From an uncultured Nitriliruptorales bacterium (GTDB taxonomy: Bacteria > Actinomycetota > Nitriliruptoria > Nitriliruptorales > Nitriliruptoraceae), in NCBI GenBank assembly GCA_963783045.1, contig CAWAMD010000005.1:1012645-1036644 (forward strand): 24,000 nt of DNA, in the 5' to 3' direction. The translations under genes and the position numbers were made by a program. Under the pieces are notes generated by a model, which did no database searches, was not told the DNA's origin, and saw nothing but the letters and a program-made list of their open reading frames with translations. How positions within the stretch are numbered: the stretch's first letter is position 1; each line of letters starts with the position of its first letter. Positions 15,923 through 24,000 of the stretch are shown one piece after another.

Positions 15923-16665
15923 GAGGCTGGGTGGTCACCGGGACCGACACGGGCATCGGCAAGACGGTGACCGCCGCGGCGCTGTGCCGGTGTCTGCGGG
16001 ACGCCGGCCGCGCAGTGGTCTACGTGAAGCCGGTCCAGTCGGGTGCCGCGGACGGCGACGACGACGCCGCCGACGTGGCCGCGCTCGCCGACGTGCCGAC
16101 GATCACCGGTCCGGTGATCGGGCCGAGCCTCGCGCCGGCGACCGCGGCACGCATGGCCGGCGAGGCGCTGCGGCTGACCGAGCTCGTCGGCGTCGTGCGT
16201 GAGGCAGCGGCAGCGTTCCCCGACGCGGAGCTCGTCGTCGAGGGCGCCGGCGGGCTCCTCGTCGAGCTGACGACCGACCGGGCCACGGTCGCCGAGCTCG
16301 CGGAGGAGTGCGAGCTGCCGCTGCTCGTCGTCGTGCGCCCCGGTCTCGGCACGCTGAACCACACGGCCCTGACGATCGAGGCGGCCCGTCGCCGCGGACT
16401 CGAGGTGGCCGGGATCGTCGTGGCCCGCTACCCCGCGGATCCCGACCTCGCGACGCAGACGAACGGCGTCGACCTGGACACGATCGCGAGCCACCGCCTG
16501 CTCGGGGTGGTCCCCGACGTGCAGCCGCTCGACGCCGGCGCGCTCGCGACCGCCCGCGACTGGTTCGCGACCGAGCTCGGCGGTCGCTTCGACCGCGCCC
16601 GCTGGCTGGCGGCGCACGCCCACACCCGACTTCCCCCCGCTCCCGACCACCGCGAGGTGCCGTGA
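15919..16665 (+). CDS. bioD: Dethiobiotin synthetase
   Basis: Its ATG overlaps the bioF TGA (ATGA). VVTGTDTGIGKTVTAAAL (P-loop), VKPVQSG, VVEGAGGLLVEL and GTLNHTALTIEA are characteristic BioD motifs. Confidence 0.9.
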   Translation: MRGWVVTGTDTGIGKTVTAAALCRCLRDAGRAVVYVKPVQSGAADGDDDAADVAALADVPTITGPVIGPSLAPATAARMAGEALRLTELVGVVREAAAAFPDAELVVEGAGGLLVELTTDRATVAELAEECELPLLVVVRPGLGTLNHTALTIEAARRRGLEVAGIVVARYPADPDLATQTNGVDLDTIASHRLLGVVPDVQPLDAGALATARDWFATELGGRFDRARWLAAHAHTRLPPAPDHREVP

Positions 16666-17759
16666 TGTCCTCCCCCGATTCGACCGTCGTGCCGACCACG
16701 CCGCCGTACGACGCCGCCGCGGTCGCGGCGCTCGCCGGGGACCCGCAGGCGCTGATCGCGGCGTGCGAGCAACGGCTGCTCGACCGCCGCGAGGAGCTCG
16801 ACCCGACGCAGGTCTACGCACTCGCGACCGTCGACCCCGACGCGCCGCTGGGCGACGCCACCGTGCTCGACGCCCTGCTGGACCTTGCCCATCGGGTGCG
16901 CGTGGCGTGGACGAGCGACGAGGTCGCGCTCGAGTCGATCGTGTCCGGCAAGACCGGCGGGTGCCCGGAGGACTGCTCGTTCTGCTCGCAGTCGTCCGTC
17001 TTCGACACGCTGGTCAAGCCCCAGCCGCTGCTGCGCGTCGACGAGGTCATCGAGGCGGCGACCGACGCCCAGAGGGCCGGCGCCAGCGAGTTCTGCATCG
17101 TCTACGCCGTCCGCGGCCCCGACGAGCGGCTCATGACGAACATCCTCGAGCTGACCGCGGCCGTACAGGCCAACACCCGGATGCAGGTGGCCGTGTCCGC
17201 CGGGATCCTCGACGAGGATCAGGCGCAGCGCCTCGCCGACGCCGGCGTGGTCAAGTACAACCACAACCTCGAGGCCGCCCGCTCCTTCTTCCCGTCGATC
17301 GTCGGCACCCACTCCTGGGAGGAGCGTCACCGCACCCTCGAGCTCGTCGCCGACCACGGCATGGAGGTGTGCTCCGGCGGCATCGTCGGCATGGGCGAGA
17401 CCCCGGTGCAGCGCGCCGAGCTGGCGCTCGAGCTCGCCGCCTTCCGCCCGACCGAGACGCCGCTGAACTTCCTGAACCCGCGCCCCGGCACGCCGCTGGC
17501 GACCCGGACGCCGCTCACGCCGCGTGAGGCGCTGCACGCCATCGCCCTGTTCCGGTTCGCGCTCCCCTGGACCCTGCTCCGGCTGGCCGGCGGCCGCGAG
17601 GTGGCGCTCGCCGACCTCGCCGGCGCGGGGATCCTCGGCGGCGTGAACGGACTCATCATCGGCAACTACCTGACCACCCTCGGCCAGTCGCCCCAGCAGG
17701 ACCTGCAGATGCTCAACGACCTGGACGTGCCCGTCCGGGCGCTGCAGGACGTGCTCTGA
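16665..17759 (+). CDS. bioB: Biotin synthase (radical SAM)
   Basis: ATG 16665 shares its A with the bioD TGA (an in-frame GTG at 16662 is an alternative). Radical-SAM cluster motif GGCPEDCSFCSQS. YNHNLEA, CSGGIVGMGET and NFLNPRPGTPL are typical BioB blocks. Confidence 0.93.
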   Translation: MSSPDSTVVPTTPPYDAAAVAALAGDPQALIAACEQRLLDRREELDPTQVYALATVDPDAPLGDATVLDALLDLAHRVRVAWTSDEVALESIVSGKTGGCPEDCSFCSQSSVFDTLVKPQPLLRVDEVIEAATDAQRAGASEFCIVYAVRGPDERLMTNILELTAAVQANTRMQVAVSAGILDEDQAQRLADAGVVKYNHNLEAARSFFPSIVGTHSWEERHRTLELVADHGMEVCSGGIVGMGETPVQRAELALELAAFRPTETPLNFLNPRPGTPLATRTPLTPREALHAIALFRFALPWTLLRLAGGREVALADLAGAGILGGVNGLIIGNYLTTLGQSPQQDLQMLNDLDVPVRALQDVL

Positions 17760-17817
17760 TCAGCCCGGGCCGCGCCTACCCGCTCCGGTCCGTGCCACCG
17801 GCGAGACGGCAGCGGCG

Positions 17818-18165
17818 GTGAGCGCTCCGTTCTGTCCCGCCTGTGGTACCGCCGGCACGCCCGGCAGCGCCGGACACGAGCGCTGCGCCCAGGCGCTGGT
17901 GCTCGACCCGCCCCGGTTCTGTGACCGGTGCGGCCGGCGGCTCGACGTGCAGATCTACCCGCGGGGCTACCGGGCGACGTGCCGTCGCTGCGATCGCGTG
18001 CACCCGGCGCGTGGACGTCATCCCGCCGCGTCGGACGGACGAGCCGTGATCAGTGACCGTCGGCGGTCTCCTGGGCGACGCGGCTCGCGGCCTCACGCCG
18101 CTCGTCCTGCTCGGCCGCGGCCTGCCGCCGGGTCGCCTCGACGTCGGGGCCGGGGACGACGCTGA
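17818..18165 (+). CDS. Cys-rich zinc-ribbon-like small protein immediately downstream of bioB; candidate biotin synthase auxiliary protein (BsaP-like); 3' end uncertain
   Basis: GTG 17818 lies 58 nt after bioB. SAPFCPACG...ERCAQ...RFCDRCGRRLDVQIYPRGYRATCRRCDRVH contains three CxxC pairs. After the last Cys pair the frame becomes Arg/Pro-rich and overlaps the convergent antiporter gene by 116 nt. The neighbouring frame stops at 18047-18049, exactly abutting that gene. The assignment rests on gene context and Cys pattern. I cannot verify similarity to Rv1590 from memory. Confidence 0.45.
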   Translation: MSAPFCPACGTAGTPGSAGHERCAQALVLDPPRFCDRCGRRLDVQIYPRGYRATCRRCDRVHPARGRHPAASDGRAVISDRRRSPGRRGSRPHAARPARPRPAAGSPRRRGRGRR

Positions 18166-19927
18166 CGACGAGGTCGCCGGGGCGCGCGTCGAGGTCGTCC
18201 TGGGACACGACGTGGAGCTGCCCGTCGCGGATGCGGAACAGCGGCAGGACGCTGCCGTCGTAGGTGGCACAGAAGTCGTCGAAGCCGAACTCCTCCGACA
18301 GCTTCGTCCGCTTGACGACCGCCCCGTCGGCGAACCGTTGGCTGATCGCATGAAAGGTCGCGTCGTCCCCGAAGGCGAGGCGGCCGCGCAGCTCGTGGGT
18401 GACCTCGCGGTCGGTGCCTGGCTCGCGGTCCGCCGGGAGCTGGAAGACGTGCTTGCGGCCGAGCCGGTCGATGAAGCGCAGCGCCGCCAGCGAGTTGAAC
18501 TCCTCGTTCTGGGTCATCGCCACCATCCAGCCGATGCCCTCGAGGCGCACGTGCTCGAGCGCGTCCTCCTCGAGGATCGAGCCGGGGTGGACGGCGAGCC
18601 CCTGCAGGCGGGCGGCGGCGAGGTCGTGGCGGTTGGTCGGGATCATCAGGACCCGGAACCCGGCGGCCGACAGGGTCTCGCCGATCCGGCGCGCCCAGGC
18701 GTGTGCACCGACGAGCACGATCCCCTGCGGGTCGGGGTCGGCGACGCCGAGCGCCCGGGCCAGGGGCGCCGCCGTCAGCCCGTAGACGAGCGCGGTCCCG
18801 ACGATGACGGAGAAGACGTAGGGCACGAGCAGCTCGGCCTTGGCGACCCCGGCGTCGCTCAGACGGAGCGCGAAGACGCTGGCCACGGAGGCCGCCACGA
18901 TCCCCCGCGGGGCCATCCAGCCGACGACCACCCGCTCCTGCCAGCGCATCTCGGACCCGGCGGTGGACAGGGCGGCGGCCAGCGGCCGCGCGACGAGGAC
19001 GAGGATCGCGAGGTAGACCAGGATGGACCATCCGAGCCCGGCGAAGTCGGCGAGCTCGAGCCGGGCCGCGAGCACCACGAACAGGACCGAGGTGAGCAGC
19101 ACCCCGACGGTCTCGCCGAACTCGACGATGTGGCGGACCGGCACGGAGCGCTGGTTCGCCATCGCGACACCCATGATGGTCGTGGCGAGCAGCCCGGACT
19201 CCGGCCGGACGAGGTTGGACCCGGCGAAGGCGAGCACGACCATCCCGACGGTCACGGGGATCTCGAGATGGTGGGCCACGAGGTAGTGCTTGAGGGCGCT
19301 GACGAGGAGCCAGGCGGCGGCCACGCCGACGAGCGCACCCACGGCCCCGGTGACGAGGAGCCCGAGGAGCACCGCGAGGGTGAAGTGCTGGCCCTCGGCG
19401 CCCACCAGGATCACCTCGAAGACGAGGACCGCGAGGACGGCCCCGATCGGGTCGATGAAGATCCCCTCCCACTTGATCGCGGATCCCAGGCGCGCCGAGG
19501 GACGGATGTGGCGCAGCAGCGGCAGGACGACCGTCGGTCCGGACACCACCAGGATGGATGCGAGCAGGAGCGACAGCCGCCAGTCGAAGTCCAGCAGGAA
19601 GCGCGCGGCGAGGGTCGCGACGGCGATCGTGACGAGGGCACCGACCGTGATCAGTCGGCGGACGACGACCCGCACCTCACGGATCTCGGTGAAGCGCAGG
19701 CTCAGCCCGCCGTCGAAGAGGATGATGCCGACGGCGAGCGACACGAGCGCCGGCAGGACCTCGCCGATGAGCGCATCCGGGTCCAGCAGCCCGAGGACGG
19801 GGCCGGCCACGAACCCGCCGAGCAGCAGGAGCAGGATGGACGGCAGGCGCAGCCGGTCCGCGACCCACTGGGCGGCGATGCCGAGCACGATGATGCCGGC
19901 CACCCCGAGCAGGAGCGCCTCGTCCAC
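18050..19927 (-). CDS. Cation:proton antiporter (CPA1/NhaP-type Na+/H+ exchanger) with C-terminal RCK (TrkA-N/TrkA-C-like) domains
   Basis: 625 aa. The N-terminal ~400 aa are polytopic (LPSILLLLLGGFVAGP, GIILFDGGLSL, SILVVSGPTVVLPLL, EGIFIDPIGAVLAV). The C-terminus has GIVLVGAHAWARRIGETLSAAGFRVLMI (Rossmann-like) and a TrkA-C-like tail. GTG start at 19927 is preceded by GAAGGGA. Confidence 0.9.
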   Translation of the reverse strand: MDEALLLGVAGIIVLGIAAQWVADRLRLPSILLLLLGGFVAGPVLGLLDPDALIGEVLPALVSLAVGIILFDGGLSLRFTEIREVRVVVRRLITVGALVTIAVATLAARFLLDFDWRLSLLLASILVVSGPTVVLPLLRHIRPSARLGSAIKWEGIFIDPIGAVLAVLVFEVILVGAEGQHFTLAVLLGLLVTGAVGALVGVAAAWLLVSALKHYLVAHHLEIPVTVGMVVLAFAGSNLVRPESGLLATTIMGVAMANQRSVPVRHIVEFGETVGVLLTSVLFVVLAARLELADFAGLGWSILVYLAILVLVARPLAAALSTAGSEMRWQERVVVGWMAPRGIVAASVASVFALRLSDAGVAKAELLVPYVFSVIVGTALVYGLTAAPLARALGVADPDPQGIVLVGAHAWARRIGETLSAAGFRVLMIPTNRHDLAAARLQGLAVHPGSILEEDALEHVRLEGIGWMVAMTQNEEFNSLAALRFIDRLGRKHVFQLPADREPGTDREVTHELRGRLAFGDDATFHAISQRFADGAVVKRTKLSEEFGFDDFCATYDGSVLPLFRIRDGQLHVVSQDDLDARPGDLVVSVVPGPDVEATRRQAAAEQDERREAASRVAQETADGH

Positions 19928-19963
19928 ACCGATCCCTTCGTCATGTCAGGCGGTGTGACGCGG

Positions 19964-22576
19964 TCAGACGCCGGCGACCCGCTCCGCCTCACGGCTGCGA
20001 TCACCGTCGCCGGCTTCCACCGGCGCGGCATGGCGCCGAGCCCAGAGCGCCAGCATCGCCGGCAGGACGATGATGCTGGAGAGCAGGGCGAAGCCGATCG
20101 TAACGGCCGTGACGAACCCGAACTGCTGCATGGGTGGGACGCTCGACAGCATCAGCACCCCGAACCCGGCGATCGTCGTCAGCGCGGACCCGACGAGCGC
20201 GCCGCCGGTGTGCTGCAGGGTGAGGCGCATGGCCTCGAACGTGTCGGGATGGCGTCGGCGATCCTCGAGGAACCGGTTGACGACGTGGATGCCGAAGGGC
20301 ACGCCGATCCCGATGGCCAGCGCCGACACCATGGCGGTCATGACGTTGAAGGGGATGCCCACGGCCGCCATGAGGCCGAGCACCCAGGCGACCACCACCG
20401 CGACCGACAGGATGGCGAGGACGCCGAGCATGGGCTTGCGCTCACGGAACCAGAAGACGAGCGCGAGGATCAGCATCGATGCGACCAGCGTGTAGACGAG
20501 CGAGCGGACCTGGCTGGCCTGCAGCTCGGTCATGACCGTGTTGATCAGGATCGGGTCCGAGGTCAGCGACACGTCGAGTCCGGCGCCGGTGAGCGGCTGT
20601 GCGTCCGCGTTCAGGTCGTCGACCAGCTGGCTGACCGTGTCGCCCGAGGTGGTCGACACCCGCACCACGGTCGCGTCGTACCCGCCCTGCCCGTCCGGGG
20701 AGAGCAGGCTGGCGGCGGTGGGGTCGACGGCGAGCAGCGCGTCGTAGAGCGCGCCCACGTCGGCGCTGTCGCTGACCTGGCCACCGCCGAGGATGCCGGC
20801 GGCCTGCGACTGCTGCACCAGCGTCGCGATCGCTGCCGGATCGACCGCAGGGGTCTGGCCCTGACCGGTGGCCTGGCCGCCGGTGGCCTGGTCCCCGGCC
20901 TGAGCCTGGCCGGGCTGCTGGCCCTGCTGCTGGGCCAGCATCGCGATCTGCTGGATGCGGCTCAGCACGGACTCGACCTGCGGTCGGCCGTCGAAGGTGC
21001 GCACGTCCGCGTCGTCGGCCAGCCCCTGCTGGAACGCGACGAGCGCCTGCAGGGCCGCCGGCGTCGCAACGTCGCCCTCGACGAGCACGCTCGTGGACTC
21101 GGCCACGTCACCGCCGAAGGCGTCGGTGACCTCGTTGACCGTCTTGAGCGCCTGCGAGTCCCTCGGGAAGAAGTCGGTGTTGGAGAACTGCGTCGACAGC
21201 TGCGTCGCACCGCCGGCGCCGACCAGCGTCACGACCCCGGCGACCGCCAGGACCTTCCACGGGTGGTGCACGGCGTAGGGCGTGAACTCGGCGCTCAGCC
21301 GGCCCAGCAGCGACGGGTGGCCGTCGTCGCGGACCCGGACGGGCTTCAGGCTGCCCCGCCGGTCGCGCCACCGGTCCACGAGCAGCCGGACCGCCGGCAC
21401 GAAGGTGAGCATGATGATGAAGGCGGAGGCGACACCGACGGCGGCGAAGACCCCGAAGTCGCGCAGGGGCGGCAGCGGGTTCGTGAGGTTCGTGAGGAAG
21501 CCGACGACGGTCGTGATCGTCGCGAGCAGCAGGGCGACGCCGACGGCACCGATGGCCCGGTCGGCGCTGGCAACCGGCGCCTCGCCGAGCCCCCGCTCCT
21601 CCCGGTAGCGCATGGTGAGGTGGATGCCGTAGTCCACACCCAGACCGATGAGCAGGATCGGGATGGCCATCGCCATCTCGCTCATCCCGCCGGTCCAGCC
21701 GAGGAACGCGGGGCCGAGCAGCGTCGAGATGCCCTGCATCCACACGATCGTCATGCCGAGGCCGACGAGGGAGACGACGACGTCGAGGGCGTTGCGGTAG
21801 ATCGCGATCAGGATGAGGATGATGAGCAGGAACGCGACGCCGAGGAGCTTGCTCAGCTGTGAGGTGATCTTCTCGTTCACCTCGTTCGACAGCAGCTCGA
21901 AGTTGAAGGGCCGGACGTCGTAGCCGGGTGCAGCGACGTCGAGGTCGCCCATGGCGAGCAGCGCCTTGCGGACCACCGGCGACTGGTCGGTCGCACCGGT
22001 TGCCTGCGACGAGTCGCCCTGGAGGAAGACGAGGACCATGCCGGCGGTCGCGTCACCGCCCTGCACCTCGCCGCCGAGCAGCGTCGCGACCTGGCCGCGC
22101 TGGGCCTCGGGAAGCTGTCGGAGCGCGGCGGTGTAGAGCTGGTCGATGGCGTCGTCGTCGAGCGTGGCCGGGTCCACGCCGCGTGCCTGCGCGGCCCGCA
22201 GCACCAGGTCGGCGTAGGTCATGATCGCCGGCTGCCCGCCGCGATCGGCGAGCGCCGCCGCGACGGTCGGGTTCGCCTGGAGCTGGCGGCGGATCTCGTT
22301 CGCCGCGGCGATCCCGGCGGGACTCAGCACGTCCCCGCCGCCGTCGGCGAAGACGGCGACCTGCGCGACCGTGGCCTTGGCGCCCTGGAACTCGTCGGCG
22401 ATGCGCTGGGACGCACGGGCAGCCGGGTTGTCCGGCACGAAGTTCTCGAAGCCCTGCTGCTGCACCTGCTGGCCGGACAGCGCACCGAACACGCCGCTCA
22501 GGACGAGCGCGGCCACCACGAGCAGACCGGGGTGCGAGCGCACGGCTCGCCGCAGGGCACCAAGAAACAGATCCAC
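19964..22576 (-). CDS. MMPL-family (RND superfamily) membrane transporter
   Basis: Two TM bundles (e.g. LLIILILIAIYRNALDVVVSLVGLGMTIVWMQG, and LILALVFWFRERKPMLGVLAILSVAVVVAWVLGLMAAVGIPFNVMT) each follow a large extracytoplasmic domain. I prefer GTG 22576 (VDLFLGALRRAV...) with GAGG 8 nt upstream. The tracked TTG start 22624 lies inside the intergenic palindrome. A 36-nt gap to the antiporter gene suggests co-transcription. Confidence 0.88.
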   Translation of the reverse strand: MDLFLGALRRAVRSHPGLLVVAALVLSGVFGALSGQQVQQQGFENFVPDNPAARASQRIADEFQGAKATVAQVAVFADGGGDVLSPAGIAAANEIRRQLQANPTVAAALADRGGQPAIMTYADLVLRAAQARGVDPATLDDDAIDQLYTAALRQLPEAQRGQVATLLGGEVQGGDATAGMVLVFLQGDSSQATGATDQSPVVRKALLAMGDLDVAAPGYDVRPFNFELLSNEVNEKITSQLSKLLGVAFLLIILILIAIYRNALDVVVSLVGLGMTIVWMQGISTLLGPAFLGWTGGMSEMAMAIPILLIGLGVDYGIHLTMRYREERGLGEAPVASADRAIGAVGVALLLATITTVVGFLTNLTNPLPPLRDFGVFAAVGVASAFIIMLTFVPAVRLLVDRWRDRRGSLKPVRVRDDGHPSLLGRLSAEFTPYAVHHPWKVLAVAGVVTLVGAGGATQLSTQFSNTDFFPRDSQALKTVNEVTDAFGGDVAESTSVLVEGDVATPAALQALVAFQQGLADDADVRTFDGRPQVESVLSRIQQIAMLAQQQGQQPGQAQAGDQATGGQATGQGQTPAVDPAAIATLVQQSQAAGILGGGQVSDSADVGALYDALLAVDPTAASLLSPDGQGGYDATVVRVSTTSGDTVSQLVDDLNADAQPLTGAGLDVSLTSDPILINTVMTELQASQVRSLVYTLVASMLILALVFWFRERKPMLGVLAILSVAVVVAWVLGLMAAVGIPFNVMTAMVSALAIGIGVPFGIHVVNRFLEDRRRHPDTFEAMRLTLQHTGGALVGSALTTIAGFGVLMLSSVPPMQQFGFVTAVTIGFALLSSIIVLPAMLALWARRHAAPVEAGDGDRSREAERVAGV

Positions 22577-22611
22577 GGGAGGAACCTCGCCGACGAGGAG
22601 GGTGCAGATAT

Positions 22612-22624
22612 TTGCGCGCCGCAA
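22612..22624. promoter_or_regulatory. Palindrome TTGCG-cgc-CGCAA in the AT-richest part of the marR/mmpL divergent intergenic region; candidate MarR operator
   Basis: Read directly at 22612-22624. It abuts -10-like hexamers on both strands (TAGTAT at 22625-22630 on +; TACTAT as the complement of 22624-22629). It is flanked by looser symmetry gatatTTGCG...CGCAAtagtatc. Confidence 0.35.
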
Positions 22625-22689
22625 TAGTATCGACCCGCAACACCTGCCGGTCGAATCGAATCTGCGCAGGCGAGCGCAGGGAGCGCGCC

Positions 22690-23202
22690 ATGGTCATGCC
22701 GTCGCCCGCGGCCCCGTCTCCTGCCTCCGGCGGGGGCCACCCAGGGCGTTCACTCGACCCGCACCGTGTCCGCGCCGCTGGCGAGGTCACCCGCGCCGTG
22801 GAGCGCGTCCGCCGACTCGGCGGCGAGATCTGGCGCCTCCTCGAGGCCGAGACGGGGCTCTCCCCGTCGCAGAGCGCCGCGCTCGAGGCCATCGCCGACG
22901 GGGCGCGGCAGGTCCGCGAGGTGGCAGACGCCTGCCGGCAGCACGTGTCGAGTGCCTCGCGGCTGGTGGACGGTCTCGTCACGACCGGGCTCGTCAGCCG
23001 GACGGCCGATCCCGCCGACCGCCGCGCGGTCTGCCTCACCCTCACCGACGCCGGCCGTGCCGAGGCGGAGCGGCTCACCGACTTCCACGTGCGGATGCTG
23101 GCCCGCATCCTCGAGTCGTTCACCCCTGAGGACGCGGACCGACTCGCCCGCCTCATGGAACGCTTCGCCGACGCGGCCGAGCGGGAGATCACCGAAGGCT
23201 AA
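22690..23202 (+). CDS. MarR-family transcriptional regulator
   Basis: LSPSQSAALEAIADGARQVREVADACRQHVSSASRLVDGLVTTGLVSRTADPADRRAVCLTLTDAGR is the winged-HTH MarR pattern (DxRxxxxxLT). ATG 22690 is preceded by AGGGAG (22677-22682). It is divergent from the MMPL gene. Confidence 0.88.
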   Translation: MVMPSPAAPSPASGGGHPGRSLDPHRVRAAGEVTRAVERVRRLGGEIWRLLEAETGLSPSQSAALEAIADGARQVREVADACRQHVSSASRLVDGLVTTGLVSRTADPADRRAVCLTLTDAGRAEAERLTDFHVRMLARILESFTPEDADRLARLMERFADAAEREITEG

Positions 23203-23211
23203 CGTCGAGGT

Positions 23212-24000
23212 GTGAACGAACCCTCGACGCCGCTGCCCTCAGAGGCGGACGACGCCTCCCGGTCCGTCCGGGCGGCGACCGCCGTCGGGCGCGCCGGCGC
23301 CCGCGCCGGCCGGGTCGTCGCACGCCGCGTCGAGGCGATGTTCACGACCGGCGGGCTCGGCTTCCGGGACCTCGCCGTGACCCATGCCGCGTCGACGGCC
23401 GGGGACACCCTGGTCGCGATCGCGCTGGCCGGGACGCTGTTCTTCTCGGTGCCCTCGGGCGAGGCGCGCGGCAACGTGGCCCTCTACCTGCTGCTCACGG
23501 TCGCGCCCTTCGCGGTCATCGGGCCGGCGCTCGGGGCCGTGCTGGACCGCTGGCCGACCGCCTACCGGCTGACGCTGCAGCTCTCGGCGTTCCTGCGGGC
23601 GCTGCTCGCCGTCGTGATGATGTGGCAGGTGACGAGCCTCTGGCTGTTCCCCGCGGCCTTCGGGCTGCTGGTCCTGTCGCGCTCCCACGGGATCAGTCGG
23701 AGCGCGCTGCTGCCCGTCGCGCTGGACGAGCCGACCGCACTCGTCGCCGCCAACGCACGACTCGCGCAGGTCGGGGTGCTCGCCGGCGCGATCGTGGCGC
23801 CGGTCGGGGCGCTGGCCCAGCTGCTCGCGGGCGCGGGCGGGGTGCTGGTCGTGGCGGCCCTGGTGTTCCTCGTCGCCGGCGTCACGGCCCGGCGGCTCCC
23901 GCAGCCGCGAACGCGCGCCGAGATCGTCGCCGCCCGTGCGGCGGCGCCGACGCCCGGCCCGGCGCCGGGACGCGGCGGGGCCGGCCGGCGCCTCGGCCTG
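23212..24000 (+). CDS. MFS-type membrane transporter, 5' part (continues past the right edge)
   Basis: This frame is absent from the ORF track because it has no stop in the window. By hand translation it is stop-free from GTG 23212 to 24000: ...FRDLAVTHAASTAGDTLVAIALAGTLFFSVP...LLLTVAPFAVIGPALGAVLDRWPTAYRL...LFPAAFGLLVLSRSHGISRSALLP..., several TM helices plus a motif-A-like loop. It begins 9 nt after marR. The start is uncertain (ATG 23338 is in frame). Confidence 0.65.
   Translation, partial: MNEPSTPLPSEADDASRSVRAATAVGRAGARAGRVVARRVEAMFTTGGLGFRDLAVTHAASTAGDTLVAIALAGTLFFSVPSGEARGNVALYLLLTVAPFAVIGPALGAVLDRWPTAYRLTLQLSAFLRALLAVVMMWQVTSLWLFPAAFGLLVLSRSHGISRSALLPVALDEPTALVAANARLAQVGVLAGAIVAPVGALAQLLAGAGGVLVVAALVFLVAGVTARRLPQPRTRAEIVAARAAAPTPGPAPGRGGAGRRLGL

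Noticed and set aside
18053-21862. 1269-aa ORF on the + strand spanning two genes
   Set aside because: It is antisense to the well-supported antiporter and MMPL genes. The translation is Gly/Arg/Asp/Glu/Pro-rich low complexity with no recognisable domain. It is a typical stop-poor shadow frame in very GC-rich DNA.
22577-22624. TTG start at 22624 for the MMPL gene
   Set aside because: It lies inside the intergenic palindrome and -10-like elements, and adds MRRANICTLLVGEVPP with no RBS. GTG 22576 has a GAGG at suitable spacing.
1-24000. CRISPR arrays, rRNA, or large tandem repeats
   Set aside because: No regularly spaced 25-40-bp repeats or rRNA-like conserved blocks are seen. The only tandem repeats are the short ones reported at 8611-8630, 22651-22660 and the low-complexity MMPL tract.

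Overview
Very GC-rich, actinobacterial-type chromosomal DNA with many long antisense shadow ORFs, so genes were called from protein plausibility, start/RBS context and gene coupling. The window has two parts. (1) Positions 1 to ~8660 are accessory DNA. They hold the 5' ~1000 codons of a secreted DNRLRE-domain/RHS (YD-repeat) polymorphic-toxin-type gene that runs off the left edge. Next to it is an eroded integrative/mobilizable element: an Xis-like HTH gene with a coupled small ORF, a 390-bp repeat-dense intergenic region (candidate oriT/operators), a MobF/TrwC-type relaxase-helicase, a second paralogous Xis-like HTH gene, a DUF433/DUF5615 toxin-antitoxin pair, and only the 3' stub of a tyrosine recombinase. 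By hand translation the RHS gene, the relaxase (twice) and the DUF5615 toxin each need a 1-nt frame correction. (2) Positions 8662 to 24000 look like intact core genes: NYN + 2x OST-HTH/LOTUS protein, MFS transporter, APH-like kinase coupled to a HAD hydrolase, an orphan type IV prepilin, a translationally coupled bioA-bioF-bioD-bioB operon followed by a Cys-rich small ORF (candidate BsaP), a CPA1 Na+/H+ antiporter with RCK domains, an MMPL/RND transporter, and a divergent MarR regulator with a downstream MFS gene that runs off the right edge. I saw no rRNA, tRNA or CRISPR array. No clearly novel multi-gene system can be demonstrated from sequence alone. The most unusual items are the clustered gene decay in the island, the compensating frameshift pair in the relaxase, the repeat architecture upstream of it, the island-edge repeats, and the bsaP-like ORF overlapping a convergent gene.
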